DNA of 64,000 nucleotides from Cycas panzhihuaensis (lineage: Eukaryota > Plantae > Cycadophyta), in NCBI GenBank assembly GCA_023213395.1, contig CM041465.1, positions 245,589,741 to 245,653,740 on the forward strand. The letters are read 5' to 3'. Within the stretch, counting starts at the first letter, position 1. The number at the start of each line of letters is the position of its first letter. The notes beneath the pieces were generated by a model. That model had not been told where the DNA came from, did no database searches, and saw nothing but the letters and a program-made list of their open reading frames with translations. This document shows, in pieces, positions 40,211 through 53,826 of this stretch. A program made the translations under genes and the position numbers.

Positions 40211-41499
40211 GTTGTTTTCTGAAGCTACATGCTACATGGTAAACGCTTGCTAAATAAGATAAAGCAAGTATACAAAGAATCTGAGTCGTTCTATGGCAAT
40301 TTCAAGGTTTTCGAACAAGTGTTAATTGACTTTAAGAGAAGTGATTCAAGTGTTTTTCATATCAAAAAAAGTGATATTTAATCACTAATTTTTAAACACA
40401 TTTAAGGCACCTTGCATGGTGACCTAATAACCCTTAGTCTTAAAGAGGGTTCAAAACACTTTGTACTTAATAAAAATCACTTCCTCTTTTGATCGTTGGG
40501 ACTAATTTAAAGTTCCAACACTTGGTGCTTGATGTCCATTTTCATGCAAGTGGTTCTCTTACCTTCACTTTTTCAGCATTAAAAGGAACCCACTTGTATC
40601 TTCATCCCAAGTTTTGCATTACTTATTTTCAGTACTTAAGCCTTTTTTTCAAAAAGTACTTTGCAAAACTTATTGTAATCAAGCATTTGGTTTCTTACTT
40701 GGATCAACAAAGCACTACTTTTTTCATTAAAGTGCTCATTGTAAAAACACTACTATTCATATTGATGTACTTACATTGGTTCCTCTTGAAGCCACTTTTC
40801 ATTGTAAAGCTTATCAAAGCATTTTCATAAGTGCATTTTTCCAAGCAAAAAGAAATCTAAGTTCACTTTAAAACTGCTAAAAAGTGACTTAAAATCTGTT
40901 GGAGTGGCCCAAAAAAGGTTCAAACCTTACCTCTAAATTAACCTTAAGCTTGGTGCATTCCCTAGGGGACCAACTGACCGAACGGTCAGTGCACGACAAT
41001 TAAGGTTGCTTGAGGGAAAGGAGGTTCGAAAAGGGTGTTATTGGGGCTGTGAATCCCAGGGAAAGCATGGTACGTCCATGCAGATGAACCCTACCTGCTT
41101 TGTTCTAGATTTAACTTTGCCAACTATTGGATCTCCTCCATAAGATCAAAGTTGGACCAACTCTATAGCCTAGTCCTCCACCCCTCATCATTCTATTCAG
41201 TTGTTGGATCTTCTAGTAAGATCAAGACTGCTGGTTTCGTTAGAAGGTGGAACTTAAGCGACGAAAGCTTTGAGTTTCCAAGTTATCTGCTAGCTTCAAG
41301 CTTTTATAACTGAAACATGGCTGCCATAAACATGCTAAATGCCTGCACGATTCGGTTAACAGGACAAGATAATTATCAAGAATGGAAGAGACTCACTTAG
41401 AACTTGCTAATCATGAACGAATTTTGGAGTTATGTTTCTGGGAGATTACCTCGACTAGCACTTGTTATCAATGGCGATGTTACTGTAGAACCTGATGAA

Positions 41500-42548
41500 C
41501 CTAATTGCTGCAATCTCCGCATTTTCTCATGTTCTCTTTTCTATGTTTTAATGTAGTCCTTGTTTATCTTAGAAAAGACACTACAAAAAGATTTTTTGAA
41601 AAATATCGAGAATCAGAGGAGGCCTAAACAATTGAAGTTGCCAAAAAATATTTTTACAAATGTGCCTTGTTGTATTAAGGGTAATTTGCCCTAGGAAATT
41701 TATTTTAACTCCAAATCTCCATAGCTAATAGATAAAGAACCCCTAAAAAGGATTTTTCGAAAATATTGCAGAACAAAAGAGATCTAAGCTGTTGAGCTCA
41801 ATAAAATGTTTTTTCATTAAGAGAATTGGAATGATCTCTGATTGTGTTCAAGTTTTGATGAATCTAGGCAAATAAGACCCCTATGAGCATGTAGGAGAAT
41901 CCTTTTAGTAGATTTGATGATTTTTGCCCTCAAATAAGCAAAACACGGTCCAAAAAATTGCACAAATTGAGAAATGCCAATGTGTGTTTACTTAATACTT
42001 GCAAACACCATTGTATAATAGTGTATAATATTGCTTAACACTGCCTAGTAATAACAAGCATGAATTTCCCAGCTCAAACTTGAAGAAAATGACAAAAAAA
42101 AGACTAAGAAAGGAATGATCTCACTTTTAGCAATAATGTACAAATGCAAAGAATATTAACAAGGCTTTCAACAATCTAGAAGCATTTCACAGACGTAGAG
42201 GACAGTGAGCTCTGATACCATGTTAGAATATGTGATTGAGAGTAATGGGCTGTAGAAAAATAAATAGCACAAGCACACATCCCTAAATGAATGGGAAGAC
42301 AATAAAAATGCACTATTTCATAGCTTACACTCAATTAACTTTATTATCTATAAGTGGAGGCAATGAATACGAATAAGAGACTCTATGATGAGTTATAACA
42401 ACGCACACATGTGCGTGTAGAATCTAAAAATAGAAGGTGAGAGTTACAATAATGAACAAATGACATGTGACTTTGGGAATGGATGCCATCTACATCTAAT
42501 GTAACAAATAATGTTACAATACATAATGAATTAACATTATTTCTAACA
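41500..42548 (-). mobile_element. 5' LTR (42221-42548), PBS (42209-42220) and leader of a minus-strand copia, same LTR family as 8964-9318
   Basis: gctctgatacca directly abuts tgttagaatatgtgattgagag...ttctaaca. Confidence 0.82.
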
Positions 42549-42639
42549 CTGTAGCCTCAAAAGCAGTTTTAATGTAGTCCACAGCCGTATTATTACAACA
42601 AGCTTGCTCCTATGGAGGCATTTTGCTTGTAGTACAAGG

Positions 42640-44410
42640 GGCATGCCCTGGATATTGCAACTCTTGATTCCTAGGTTGATTGTTTTTCCTTTGAATCTAA
42701 GGTGCCCTAGAATACTGTGGTTGAGAAAGATCTTGGATTTGCCCATTTTGAATAATTATGTATTGATGTTCTACAAGTTGACTACCGAGTTGATCAAAAG
42801 CGATTCTAGGATGTTCAACTTGTTTTTTAGTAGTGTTGTAATGAGGGCAGGAACTAGGTAATTTGTTGGTGGCTAGACAAATAAGAGCATCATCATTTTT
42901 TCCATATTGTGAGGAACAAGCAATCTAGCCCATATTCATAACTTGCAGATGGTAGAAGAACTATGTACTTTAGAGAAACTTTTAAACTTTACCCCATATA
43001 AATTTTGTTCTAAATTAGTCCATTGAGTAACATCCACTTTGTGATACATGTTTTTCAACTTTTCTCACACAAGATAAAGAGCATCTTTATTAGAAAATTA
43101 TCATTTAATATTAGGAAAAAGAGAGTAGAAAGAATAGGACCAAGGGTGCGATCGCGATTCATGAAATATGTTTGCTTGTTATTTGAATCAACTGATTCCT
43201 TGAATTTGCTTGGAACATATCTCCATAGCTTCTGTTGCATTAAAGAATCTGAGATTTTGGCCTTCCAAGTTGCATAGTTAGCTTCAATAAGGACCAGTAG
43301 CTTAAGAAAGGCAGTCATGATGAGAATATAGCACATTATAGTTGAATCTATAATTGATAGCAGAATATTAAAGTTGCAAATGTGTAGATCTTAGAAGAAT
43401 ATCTAAAATTAAAAAAAAAGGAATGGACTCTTGAAGTTCATCTCCTTAATATGGTGTATAATCAATAATAAAGCACTAAAAAATTACATGTAGAGTCACA
43501 TGAGATCCCATAAGACCAGGGGCTATTTACAGAAGGTGTTTAACGCAAGGTGTATATATGTTAGTAAATGCAAAAATGTATATACAAGAGCTAATATATA
43601 TACATTATACATTAGTCATAAAAAAAAAGAAGAATGTCATGTGATTGGGGGTTGAGTAGTAGATTGGGTTGGACAGATTTCACATGATTATTAAATATAG
43701 TTAAACGTATTTTAAACTTTGTAAAAAAATGAATAATTTCACCAATGTGAAAAACTTTGTCAGCCTAAATTTTTTGGCAAACTTGCATAGCTTTGTGGAT
43801 GAAAATCTACTTGGGGGATTGTTCGAGAAGCGATCTGAGCATAGATTAGAGGATTTCAGAGCCAAAAGGTGAAGGATTTGTCCTAAAATAGGCATAAATG
43901 ACGTCCGAAACACTGCCATGAAACCTTGTAAAACCATTGTTGGAGAGAGGAGTCATGTGAGAGCTTTATGAAACCATTGTTCAAATGGAGAGATGTAGCC
44001 CAGTTAAGGAGGATGCCCAAAGTTGGGTGAAGGTCTAGGAACTAGATTTGGTAGAGATAAGTTAACCATTAGTGCTCATCCACAAGAGATGCCATGCAAA
44101 GTTGCTACAACTGTTTAACTGAAGCACATGTTGTTATGGGTTTATCTAAGATGCATAGGGGTAGAAAGGAGGCGTCTAACACTAATATGTAGAGGTGAGG
44201 GTGGTTGGTGCAGAAATTGAATTGCCAAACGAAAATTAATAGAGATAAGGGCTACCCAAAACCAAAACAACTAGGTAAACGACAATAGAGAGGCGCCTTT
44301 TACAGTCCTTTAGCATAAACAAAACCATGCAAATGGTAGCACTAGTAGTTCACAAGATCAACAACAACAAATACCACTTTAGTATATCGTAACCATAGGC
44401 TTTGATACCA
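42640..44410 (-). mobile_element. Family X copia 5' part: PBS 44399-44410, leader, gag start (~43330)
   Basis: gctttgatacca; NYATWKAKISDSLMQQKLWRYV. Gag appears to continue at ~8520. Confidence 0.78.
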
Positions 44411-44619
44411 TGCTAAAAGTTGAGCACAAACAGATAGAAGACACGGGTATTTTATGTGGAAAATCCCTTTCAAGGAAAAATCATAAGAGAGTTTCATCAT
44501 TAATCCAAAATTATATTCGATATATCATTACATAAATGGCATGAGTGAGCACCTTTAACTGCGACAATCATCGAGATTTTCTCTCGACACAAGTAAAAAA
44601 TGCACCACATTTTTTAACA
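44411..44619 (-). repeat. ~209-bp LTR flanked by PBS on one side and PPT-like tract on the other
   Basis: tgcta...taaca termini, reverse-complement PBS at left, tccctt at right. Confidence 0.65.
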
Positions 44620-47600
44620 TCCCTTATTAATGAGTGGTTTGGTAAAAATTATCTTGAACTTATTGCTCTAAAGGATAATATACTAACTAAACAGTACCAT
44701 CAACCGGGTCATGTATTAAATTGCAAATGTAGCTCAATATTAATGATAATAGAAATAATTGTTTAATTATAAAAATGCAGCATGATAAAATTTTGCAAAG
44801 GAAAACTAATTTCTTCAAGTAAGGATTTGATCTAGAAAGCTTATTCACTTGTCTTAACTAATGCATGATATTTAGTCTCAGTCGTAGAAAGAGAAAGATA
44901 TTGCATTTTTTTGCTAGATCATATGATAGGAGCAGAACTAGGAGAGAAAATGTAATTTGTTGTAGACTTTTTTTTATCAACATCACCTTCCTAATTAGGA
45001 TCTGAATAACTTGCCAGCTTAAGATTATACCCTGAAGATATCGTAGGATTCTCTCACCAGCATTCCAATGAGATTTATGATGGTCCTGCATAAATTGAGA
45101 ACGCATCTCAAATGCGTGTATCAAAGAGTTTCACTTAGATTTGAAAAGTAGCACAGAGATTAGGCATTAGTTAGATGAGAAACACAAGTAGCACAGAGTT
45201 TCACTCTGACTTGAAAACAAGTGGTGATAGGCGTACAAACATTCATTATGAATTTCTTAAGCATATCCATAACATACTTAGGATGTGAAATTGAAATACC
45301 ACTATCTATTTGAAGCACTTGAAGGCCTAGAAAATAATGAAGTTCATTGAAGTCGCTGATCTCAAGGTCATGTTTCATGTCATCCTTGAATGCATAAAAA
45401 GAGGTAATATTAGAAATAATGATGATTATGTCATCTACATAAAGAACTAAAAGAAGAATATCATCAATTTGATGTCAAAAATAGAAAATTCACTCACATA
45501 TTTAGGAAACCAATGATCAATAAGATGCTTGTCATTTTTTTCATACCAACCCTTAGGTGCTTGCTATAAAATATGCAAGAATTTCTCGAGTTTATAAGCC
45601 ATATCAAAGCCAAATTCATAACTAGGAGGTTGGGCCATGTAAATTTCCTCCTTAAGATGACTATTCAAGAAAGCACTTTTGACATCCTTTCGATGAAATT
45701 GCCATCCAAACTTAGCAACCAAAGAATTACAAGATAAACTGTGTTCTTTTTAGTAAACAAAGTAAAAGTCTCATTATAATCAACTCCATCAAGTTGTGAA
45801 AAACCTCTAGGAACCAATTTAGCTTTATGTTTCTCAATATCGCAATCAAAATTAAAGTTTGCTTGATATACCCATTTGTAATATGCCATATTTTTATTAG
45901 GTAGAAGGGGATCCAACTCCCATTTAATTTTTTTCTCTCAAAGCATTACACTCTTTATCCATAGTGGCTTTTCAAAAAAGATTATCTTTAGTTTCATTTA
46001 AAGATTTAAGATCTTTAAGTTCCATTACCTTGACTATGATCAAATCATTCTAGGAGGTGGAGGATTGCTTGTATTAAAACTAGCAAGGGCAAGGGTATTT
46101 TCAACATATTGAGTTTGCTTTTTAGAAACTAAAATCTCCACATCATGAGAATCATGCAAATCATGTTGAGGACCACCAAGAATCTGAGAGTTAGAAGGAG
46201 AAGAGCTAGTACTATATGAAGTAGTAATACCTAAGCTAGGCATAATACCATGGGATGGAGCATGAGTAATAGCATCCATAAGAAGAAGCAGAGGAGTATC
46301 ATTATACTCAATAGAAGGAGAAGTATATGAATCATCCTTATCAACCATAATATCACACTTAATAACAACTTGATAAGTAGGATAAAAGAATTTGTAAGTT
46401 TTATACTCTGGACTATAATGAATAAAGATATATTGAATACTATTTGGATCTAACTTTTGCATTTGTTTATTAGGAATAGGAGTCTATGCAACAATACCAA
46501 AGGTCTTGAGATGTGCCACTCTAGGTTTGTTGCCTTACCATTTTTTTTTGCAAGAGTGACACCAAAAACAATTTTAGTAGGTGGATAATTTAGCAGATAA
46601 TTTGTATAATTGATGATTTCAACCCATATTTTTAGGTCTAAGCACTTAGAATGCAATATGTAACATATCATTTCAACAAGAGTTCTATTTTTTTCTTTTA
46701 GTTGGACCATTTTATTGAGGGGTATAAGCAACAAAATATTAAAAATGGAAGCCATGCTTTTTTCTAAAATCAATAAACTAGTTACAATGTATTCATTATC
46801 AAACCTCAATATCTTGATTTAATGACTAGATTAAAAAATTTTATCAAACATATGATTTCTTTGTTTGATAATGTAAATCCAACATTTATGTGAAAAATTA
46901 TCAATGAAAGTAAGTAGATATTTCTCCTTTGAAATGGAAGGTAGCCAAAATGGACCATAAATATTATAGTGTATCAACCCAAGAGAATATTGGGCTTATG
47001 TGGAAAATGATCCATGGATTGTTTCTTTATAACATATCTTTCACAAACACTAAACATTGTGGACAGATTAAAAAGTCCATTCATCGTATTATGCTTTTGA
47101 AGAATATTCGATTGCACATAATTGATATGACCAAATCGAGCATGCCACAATTTATTAAGAGAATCAAACAAGCAATGTATGAAGCAAAATCAAATTTTAT
47201 ATTAGATTCTTAAGTATCATACCTCTTATTGGGTCTATTAATATTATAGAGCTTATACAAGTTGTCATCATAATTTATATTATAAGAAGTAAAATCTTTA
47301 TATTGATGTCTTTATTCTTGATAGCAAATCCTCCTTTCGTGAATTCAACCTTATAATATTTTTGACAAAGTTGATAAACAGATAAAAGATTGTATTTGAA
47401 ATTTGATACGCACCATGCATTGCTAATAGATTCACATTTGAGTGCAACATTCTTTGCACCTATAACAAGAAACTCAAAGCCATTGTCAGTAGTAATCCAT
47501 TCATTTGAACTAACACCATGATTGCAAGTGGTAAAATTTTAGTAATTTCCTATCATATGATGTGAGAAATTAGGATTTACAATCTAAGAAGAATATGAAG

Positions 47601-48950
47601 TATGAGCTAAAAAGTTTGAAATAAAAATAGGTAAAGATCTTGGTCTTGATTTAGGATATTGACCTATAATTCTATGTACAACACCAACCATTCTTTTCTT
47701 ACAATACCTTTTAATATGAGCCTTTTCATAACAATAATGACAAATAATTTCATCGTGCAAAAGAAAAGAATGATCTCAATGTGGTGCATAGATTTGATAC
47801 TTGTTTTGCCCTTTAAAATTTTGGCCTTGTTGACCTGAATTTTGTCTTTGATTATGTCTTGTTTTCCCCTAAATCTAATTATTTTGTCTCATAAAAGATT
47901 GATTTTGATACCTTAGATATTGTAGCCTTATATTACTAGGTGGATTGTTTTGCCCTTGAAACTTAGGTATTATGGAATAAAGTGCTTGAAAAGGTTCTTT
48001 AATTTGTTCATCATGAGTAAATATGTTTTGATGTTCAAGAAGTTCACAAGTGAACTGATGAAATGTGATTTTAAGATGTCCAACTTGTTGTTTAGAAGTT
48101 CTATAATGATGGTAGGAATTAGGTAATTTGCTAATGGATAGATGAATAAGAGTATGATTGACTTTTCTATATTGTGACCTACAAGCAATCAAGTCTATTT
48201 TTATTTTTTGCAAATGACACACGAAGTCATCTACTTTGGAGATGTTTCTAAATTTTACACCATACAATTTTTGCTCTAAATCTACAACTTGAGTAACATC
48301 AATTTTGTGATACATATTTTTTTATTTTTTCTATACAAGATCAGAAGCATCTTTATTACAAAACAAGTTTCTAATAGTAGGAGAGAGTAGAAACAAAAGT
48401 ATTAAGGGTACTATTACAGTTCATGAAAGATGTTTGCTTAACATCTAGTTTAGTTGATTCTTTGAATTCATTTAAAACATGTCTTCATTACTTTTTTTGC
48501 ATTAAAAAATTTATGATGTTGACCTCTTGATCTACATAGTTACCTTTAACAAGTACAAATAACTTAATAAAGACAACCACGATGAGAATAGAGTAGAATA
48601 TAGTTGAATTTGTAACTGATAATGGAAAACTAAAGTTGTAGATGTGTAGGTTTCAGAAAAATATATATAAGAAAAGGGGGAAGTTTGCTGAAAATGGTTA
48701 TGAGGTAACAAAGTTATGGCCTCTTAAAGTTCATGTCCTTATTATGGTGCATGTCCTTAATATGGTGTATACAAAGTAGTTAAGCGTCCAAGAATTAAGA
48801 GTAGGGTCATATGAGAGCCCATATGACTAGGGGTTGTCGTCATAGAGGGCTTAAACATAGGTTGTATGCACATTGTTAAATGTAGATGCATATATACAAG
48901 AGCTAGTGTATATACACTGCATATATTAGTCATTTAAAAAAGATATATAT
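44620..48950 (-). mobile_element. Family X copia internal region (gag-protease-integrase-RT-partial RNase H), degenerate
   Basis: LWHARFGHINY, KNRTLVEMI, YKWVY...HKAKLVPRGFSQLDGVDYNETF, LHYFLGLQV, HWNAGERILRYLQG. Confidence 0.9.
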
Positions 48951-48955
48951 TAGTC

Positions 48956-51900
48956 ATGAAATATTTTAACTTATATTAGAAAGCTTAAGAAAGGCTTGTA
49001 CAAAATACATAACACACTATGCAAAGGGAGGAGAACTGCTCTACACTCAACTTATCTACACTCAAGTCTAGTGTTAGTCAGATAAATGAGACTACCTGCT
49101 AACTGTCTGAAGAGGGTGGAATCAATAGATTTTGCTTCCTCATCAAGTGACACTTTTGTGTTTGTCTCCGTAGGGGTCAATGATGATTTGCAGTCCTCGA
49201 TTCTAAAACATTACAAAATATTCCAAGTGCACTTGGCTTGGGATATGAAGACGTGGATTAGTTGTTGTCATACCTCCATGTCGATAAAGTAATGAAGAAG
49301 CTTGGGATTAGTCATCTCAAATCTTTTTTTTAAGTCCCCTTGAAGACTTTCTACCATGTTTGCATTATTGCCTGTGATTATCAAATCATCAAAATACAAA
49401 ATGACAAGAGTGATGTGTTGGTGCTAAATCTTGATGTACAGGCTCGAGCCTGATGAGGATTGATGAAAACCATGTCTCAAGAAATAATCATCGATTTTAG
49501 AGTTCCAAGTACGTGTTGTCTGTTTTAGACCATACAAGGCCTTTTTGAGGCGACAAAGAAGATGCTCTTCATGGTGTGAAACGTAACTAGGAGGTTGTTC
49601 TAGATATACCTCCTCAGTTAAATTGGCATTGAGAAAGGTGCTTTTGACATTCATTTGATACAAAGGTTATTTACATTGAGTAACTAAGGCAATAACTACT
49701 CTGATGGTGTTCATATTGGCATCGGGTGCAAATGTTTTGTCATAGTTGATGTCTTCTTGCCATTTAAAACCTTTTGCAATTAGACAAGCTTTATGTCTTT
49801 TAATAGTGTCATCAGATCAAAATTTAGCTTTGTAGATCCACTTGGAACTGATGGCCATTTTGCTTGTTGGCAATTCGACCAAGTCCCACGTGTCATTTTG
49901 ATAAATGGAGTGGATCTCATCATCCATCGCGGCTTGCAACTTTTCATCTATACATGACTACTCAAAAGTTGAAGGCTCTAGAGTACTAAGCACTTCAGCG
50001 ATAAGTGCATAATTAGCAGTGGCTAGTGTCTGCATTTTGGATGAGTGTTTTCTTTCAAGAGTTTGTGCACCTATAATAGTCTACATGTACCATTTTGGTA
50101 ACTTTTTTGTCAGTATAGAGGTTACTTCAATGGCCTATGATGAAGAAGGTTGTTGAATCTCAGAAGTGCTACTAGGACATGATGAAGGAATTAAGAAAGA
50201 TGATGAGGAAAGAGAAGTAGGTGCTGATAAATGGCATGGTGTGGAAGATGTTGAGGGAACAAAATGTTCAGTGATGGCTTTGCCTTTATTAAGAGAGTAT
50301 ATTGGATACCATATTGTAATGTACCTTTGAGGTATTTGAGAATCTTTTTTGCAACATTCTAGGGTTAGCGAAATAAATGAGAGTACCCATTAGTTGTTTG
50401 AAGAGGATGGAATGAACAGATTTTGCTTTCTCATCAAGTTATAATTTTGTGCCTTTCTCCATAGGGGTGGGTGATTATTTGCGGTCCTCCATTCTGCCCC
50501 AAGTATACTTGGCTTGGGGTATGAAGATGTGGCTCGTTGTCACACCTCCATGTCAAGAAAATAATGAAGAAGCCAGAGATCAGTCAAATCTCAAAACATT
50601 TTTTTAAGTCCCCTTGAAGACTTTTTATCATGTTAGCATTATTGCCAGTAATGATTAGATCATCAACTTACAATACGACAAGAGTGACGTGTTGTTGTTG
50701 AACCTTGATGTACAAGTTTGAGTCTGATGTGGATCGATGAAAACCATGTCTAGAGAAGTAATTATTGATTTTCAGGTACGAGGCATATGGCACCTATTTC
50801 AAACCATACAAGGTCTTTTTAAGGCAGCAAACAAGATGGTTATTTATGTGTGAAATGTAACGAGGAGGTTGTTCCAGATATACTTCCTTAGTCAAATCGT
50901 CATTGAGAAAGGCACTTTTGATACCAATATGACACAATGGCCATTTGCATTGAGCATCTAAGGCCGTTAACTTCTTTGATAGTATTCATATTGGTGACAA
51001 GTGCAAGTGTTTTGTCATAGTTGATGCCATGTTGCTATTTAAAACCTTTTGCAACCATGCAAGCTTTATATCGCTTAATAGTGACATTAGATTGGAACTT
51101 AGTTTTGTAGATCGAATTCCAACTGATGGCTTGTTTGTTTTCTAGCAATTCGACCAAGTCTCATCATCCATTGTGGCTTGCCACTTATTATCTATATATG
51201 CATCCTTAAAAGTGGAAGGCTTTGGAGTATTAAGCACTTCAACTATAAGTGCGTAGTTAACAATAGTTGGTGGCTGCATTTGGATGGGCGTTTGCCTTTA
51301 ACAACTTGTTTACTTGTAATAGTCTGCATATACCATTTTAGTAACTTCTTCGTCAATGTAGAGGTTACTTTAGTGTCCTATGATGATGAAGATCATTGAT
51401 TCTCAAAAGTGTTTTTAGGACTTGATGAAGGAACTAAGGAAGATGATGAGCAAGGAGATGCAGGTGCTAATGAATGATGTGGTGTGGAAGGTGGTGAGGA
51501 TATATAATCCTCAATGATGGCTTTGCCTTTATTAAGAGAGATTGGAATGGAGCTAAGGTCCAACTTCTTATTGTTTTCTTCAGAGATGTTGTCTTGAGAG
51601 ATATGCATCTTTTTGTCCATCGGATCATATAATGTGTAAACTTTGTTGCCATTAGCGTATCCAATAAAGATGCATTTGAGACTTTTGTCGTCAAACTTCG
51701 TGTTTGCTCTCAAGGAGTATTGATATAAGCGGTGCACCCGAAAATGTATAAATGGTTGACCATGGGTTTTTGGCTAGTCCAGGCCTCCTTAGGTGTCTTG
51801 TTCGAAACTACTGTAGCGGAATTGTGATTTGACAAGTAAGCACCAGTGTGGACTGCTTTTGCCCAATATGACTGAGTGGGACCTTGCGCATGTATCGTGG

Positions 51901-52390
51901 CCGTTGCCTTATTGACTAAAGTTTTGTTCATCCTTTTTGCCACACTATTTTGTTGAAGTGTACAAGGGGCAAAAAATTGGCATTTGATGCCATTCTAAAT
52001 ACAAAACTGATTGAATTGCTTAGATGTATACTCACCACTATTGTCAGAGTGAAGTATCTTGATTTGCATGCCTAACTCATTTTCAACTGCAAGTTTAAGT
52101 TTAAAAAACTTGTTAAGTACTTTTGTTTTGTGTCTGAGAAAGTAAACCCACATGTTGTGCGACTAATCATCAGTAAAGGTGATGAAGAATAAAGCTCTTC
52201 CAAGTGATTGTATGGACATTGGTCTACAATTGTCTAAATGAACCAGATGTTGTAGCTATTGTGCTCTCCAGGCCTGACCAATGTGAAAAAGTTGATGATA
52301 CTATTTTTGCATAAGGCAAGCTTTGTATAGGCAATTACCCGTTGAGATTTTGGGTAAGCAATATTTCATATTTTGTTTGAACATCACCGT
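48956..52390 (-). mobile_element. Copia fragments related to 23683-30405: LTR piece (48956-49070), two RT copies (~49220-50305, ~50500-51550), integrase (51550-52390)
   Basis: MYQMNVKSTFLN...YGLKQ, KFDDKSLKCIFIGYA, AKRMNKTLV. 48960-49065 matches the reverse complement of 54190-54290. Confidence 0.85.
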
Positions 52391-52585
52391 ACGATCGAGA
52401 TGAAGTAGATTGGCTCTCGCTTGAAGAGATTTGATGGAGGATTTAATTATTATGAACAGTAACACGTCTTGAGGGGAACATGGTTGAAATATGTGAATTA
52501 GACAACTGTCACTCTATTGGATCAATCTCGAAGCTACTACATATTAGAAAATCATTGTTAGAGGATGTTAGATATCTTCCTTAAT

Positions 52586-53826
52586 GATTTGCAAGCTTGT
52601 GATGCTCCTGGATGAAGAGAAGAGTGTAAAAGCAATGGTTTTGACTAAGAAAATGTGCTCAACAATGAAAATAAGAGGCCAACTAACTTCAATGAGTGCC
52701 CAATAGCAGTTAGAGGTGTAAATTAGTTGCCAAATTGAGTGCAAATGGGGTGTAAGCTTATTTTCTATAAAAAAGAGAGCAAATAGATAGGTTTTTTTTC
52801 TAGAAATCAGTAATATAAAAAGAAAACAGGCAGTACCATGTGTACCAAAAACAAAAAAAATCTCCTTCAAATCACTGATAAGACCTCTTCTAATTTTTTT
52901 TTTTCACAAAAAAAATTACAAACAAGTGCAAATTTTTTTTTTTTATTGCATTATGTAAATTGCAAAATATGCAACCTTTTGAATGAAAACAATAGAATGA
53001 GTTAGAATGGGGTCAGTATTAAACCAACTCAAAACTTATAAGAAAGTTCTTTAAAACCAATATAAATTGGTTAGTACAACCCTCTCAAAGCTTATTAAAA
53101 ATTTTAACATGAAAGCTTTCAAAACTTGCCAAAAAAGTATGGGAACAAAGTTTTTTTAACATTAAAAGAAAATTTCAAAAATTACTTTTGAAATTAGAAC
53201 CCTAAATAAATTTGAATAGATCTCTCTTTGGATTGCCTTCGTAGGGCGAAGGTCGTCACCAAAGGAAGAGATGAACTGTCTTCTTTGGCTCCCTAAAATT
53301 GCTCTGAAACCAAAATGAGAAAGTTAAAATAATAGTAAGATCTATTGAGAAGAATGAAAGGACAAAGCATAAAATTTGAAATGATTTAACTTATATTAGA
53401 AAATTTGAGAAAGACTAGTACAAAATACATAAGACACTATGCAAATGGAAAATAATTGCTCTACATTTAATTTATCTGCAATGTTTTCAACAACATAACA
53501 TTAAACTCCAAAACTATGATGAAATATATAAGAAGGAGCTCTCCTTATGTAGAAGTTCTTGAATACAAGATCGTGACACATTATAGATCCAAATAAGAAG
53601 AGAAGTTTGAATAGAATTATCTTTTCTAAGTGCAAAGGATGGTGACAAGTGTTAGTCATAAAATGTTGGCTTATTCACATAAGACATGTGAATAAGTCAT
53701 TAAAAACAAATTAGAGAAAGTGACAATTTAAAATCATGATAAAGAGCACCTTAGCATAAACTTTAAAGTGCTAAAAATAAATTGTACATGGTCAAGACTT
53801 AATGTTAGAGTATCAATGTTCTAATA
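52586..53826 (-). mobile_element. LTR (53316-53826) + PBS (53301-53312) + leader; left arm of head-to-head pair
   Basis: gctctgaaacca is a 1-mismatch reverse-complement PBS. The region is the reverse complement of 53827-55117. Confidence 0.85.

Larger units (their letters stand above)
38111..41500 (+). mobile_element. 5' part of a Ty1/copia (LTR 38111-38663, PBS 38666-38677, 2.6-kb leader, gag start 41318), truncated near 41500
   Basis: tgtta...caca, tggtatcagagc. Gag start MLNACTIRLTGQDNYQEWKR resembles 26772 MLNANTIKLTGAENYLTWKK. Confidence 0.88.
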
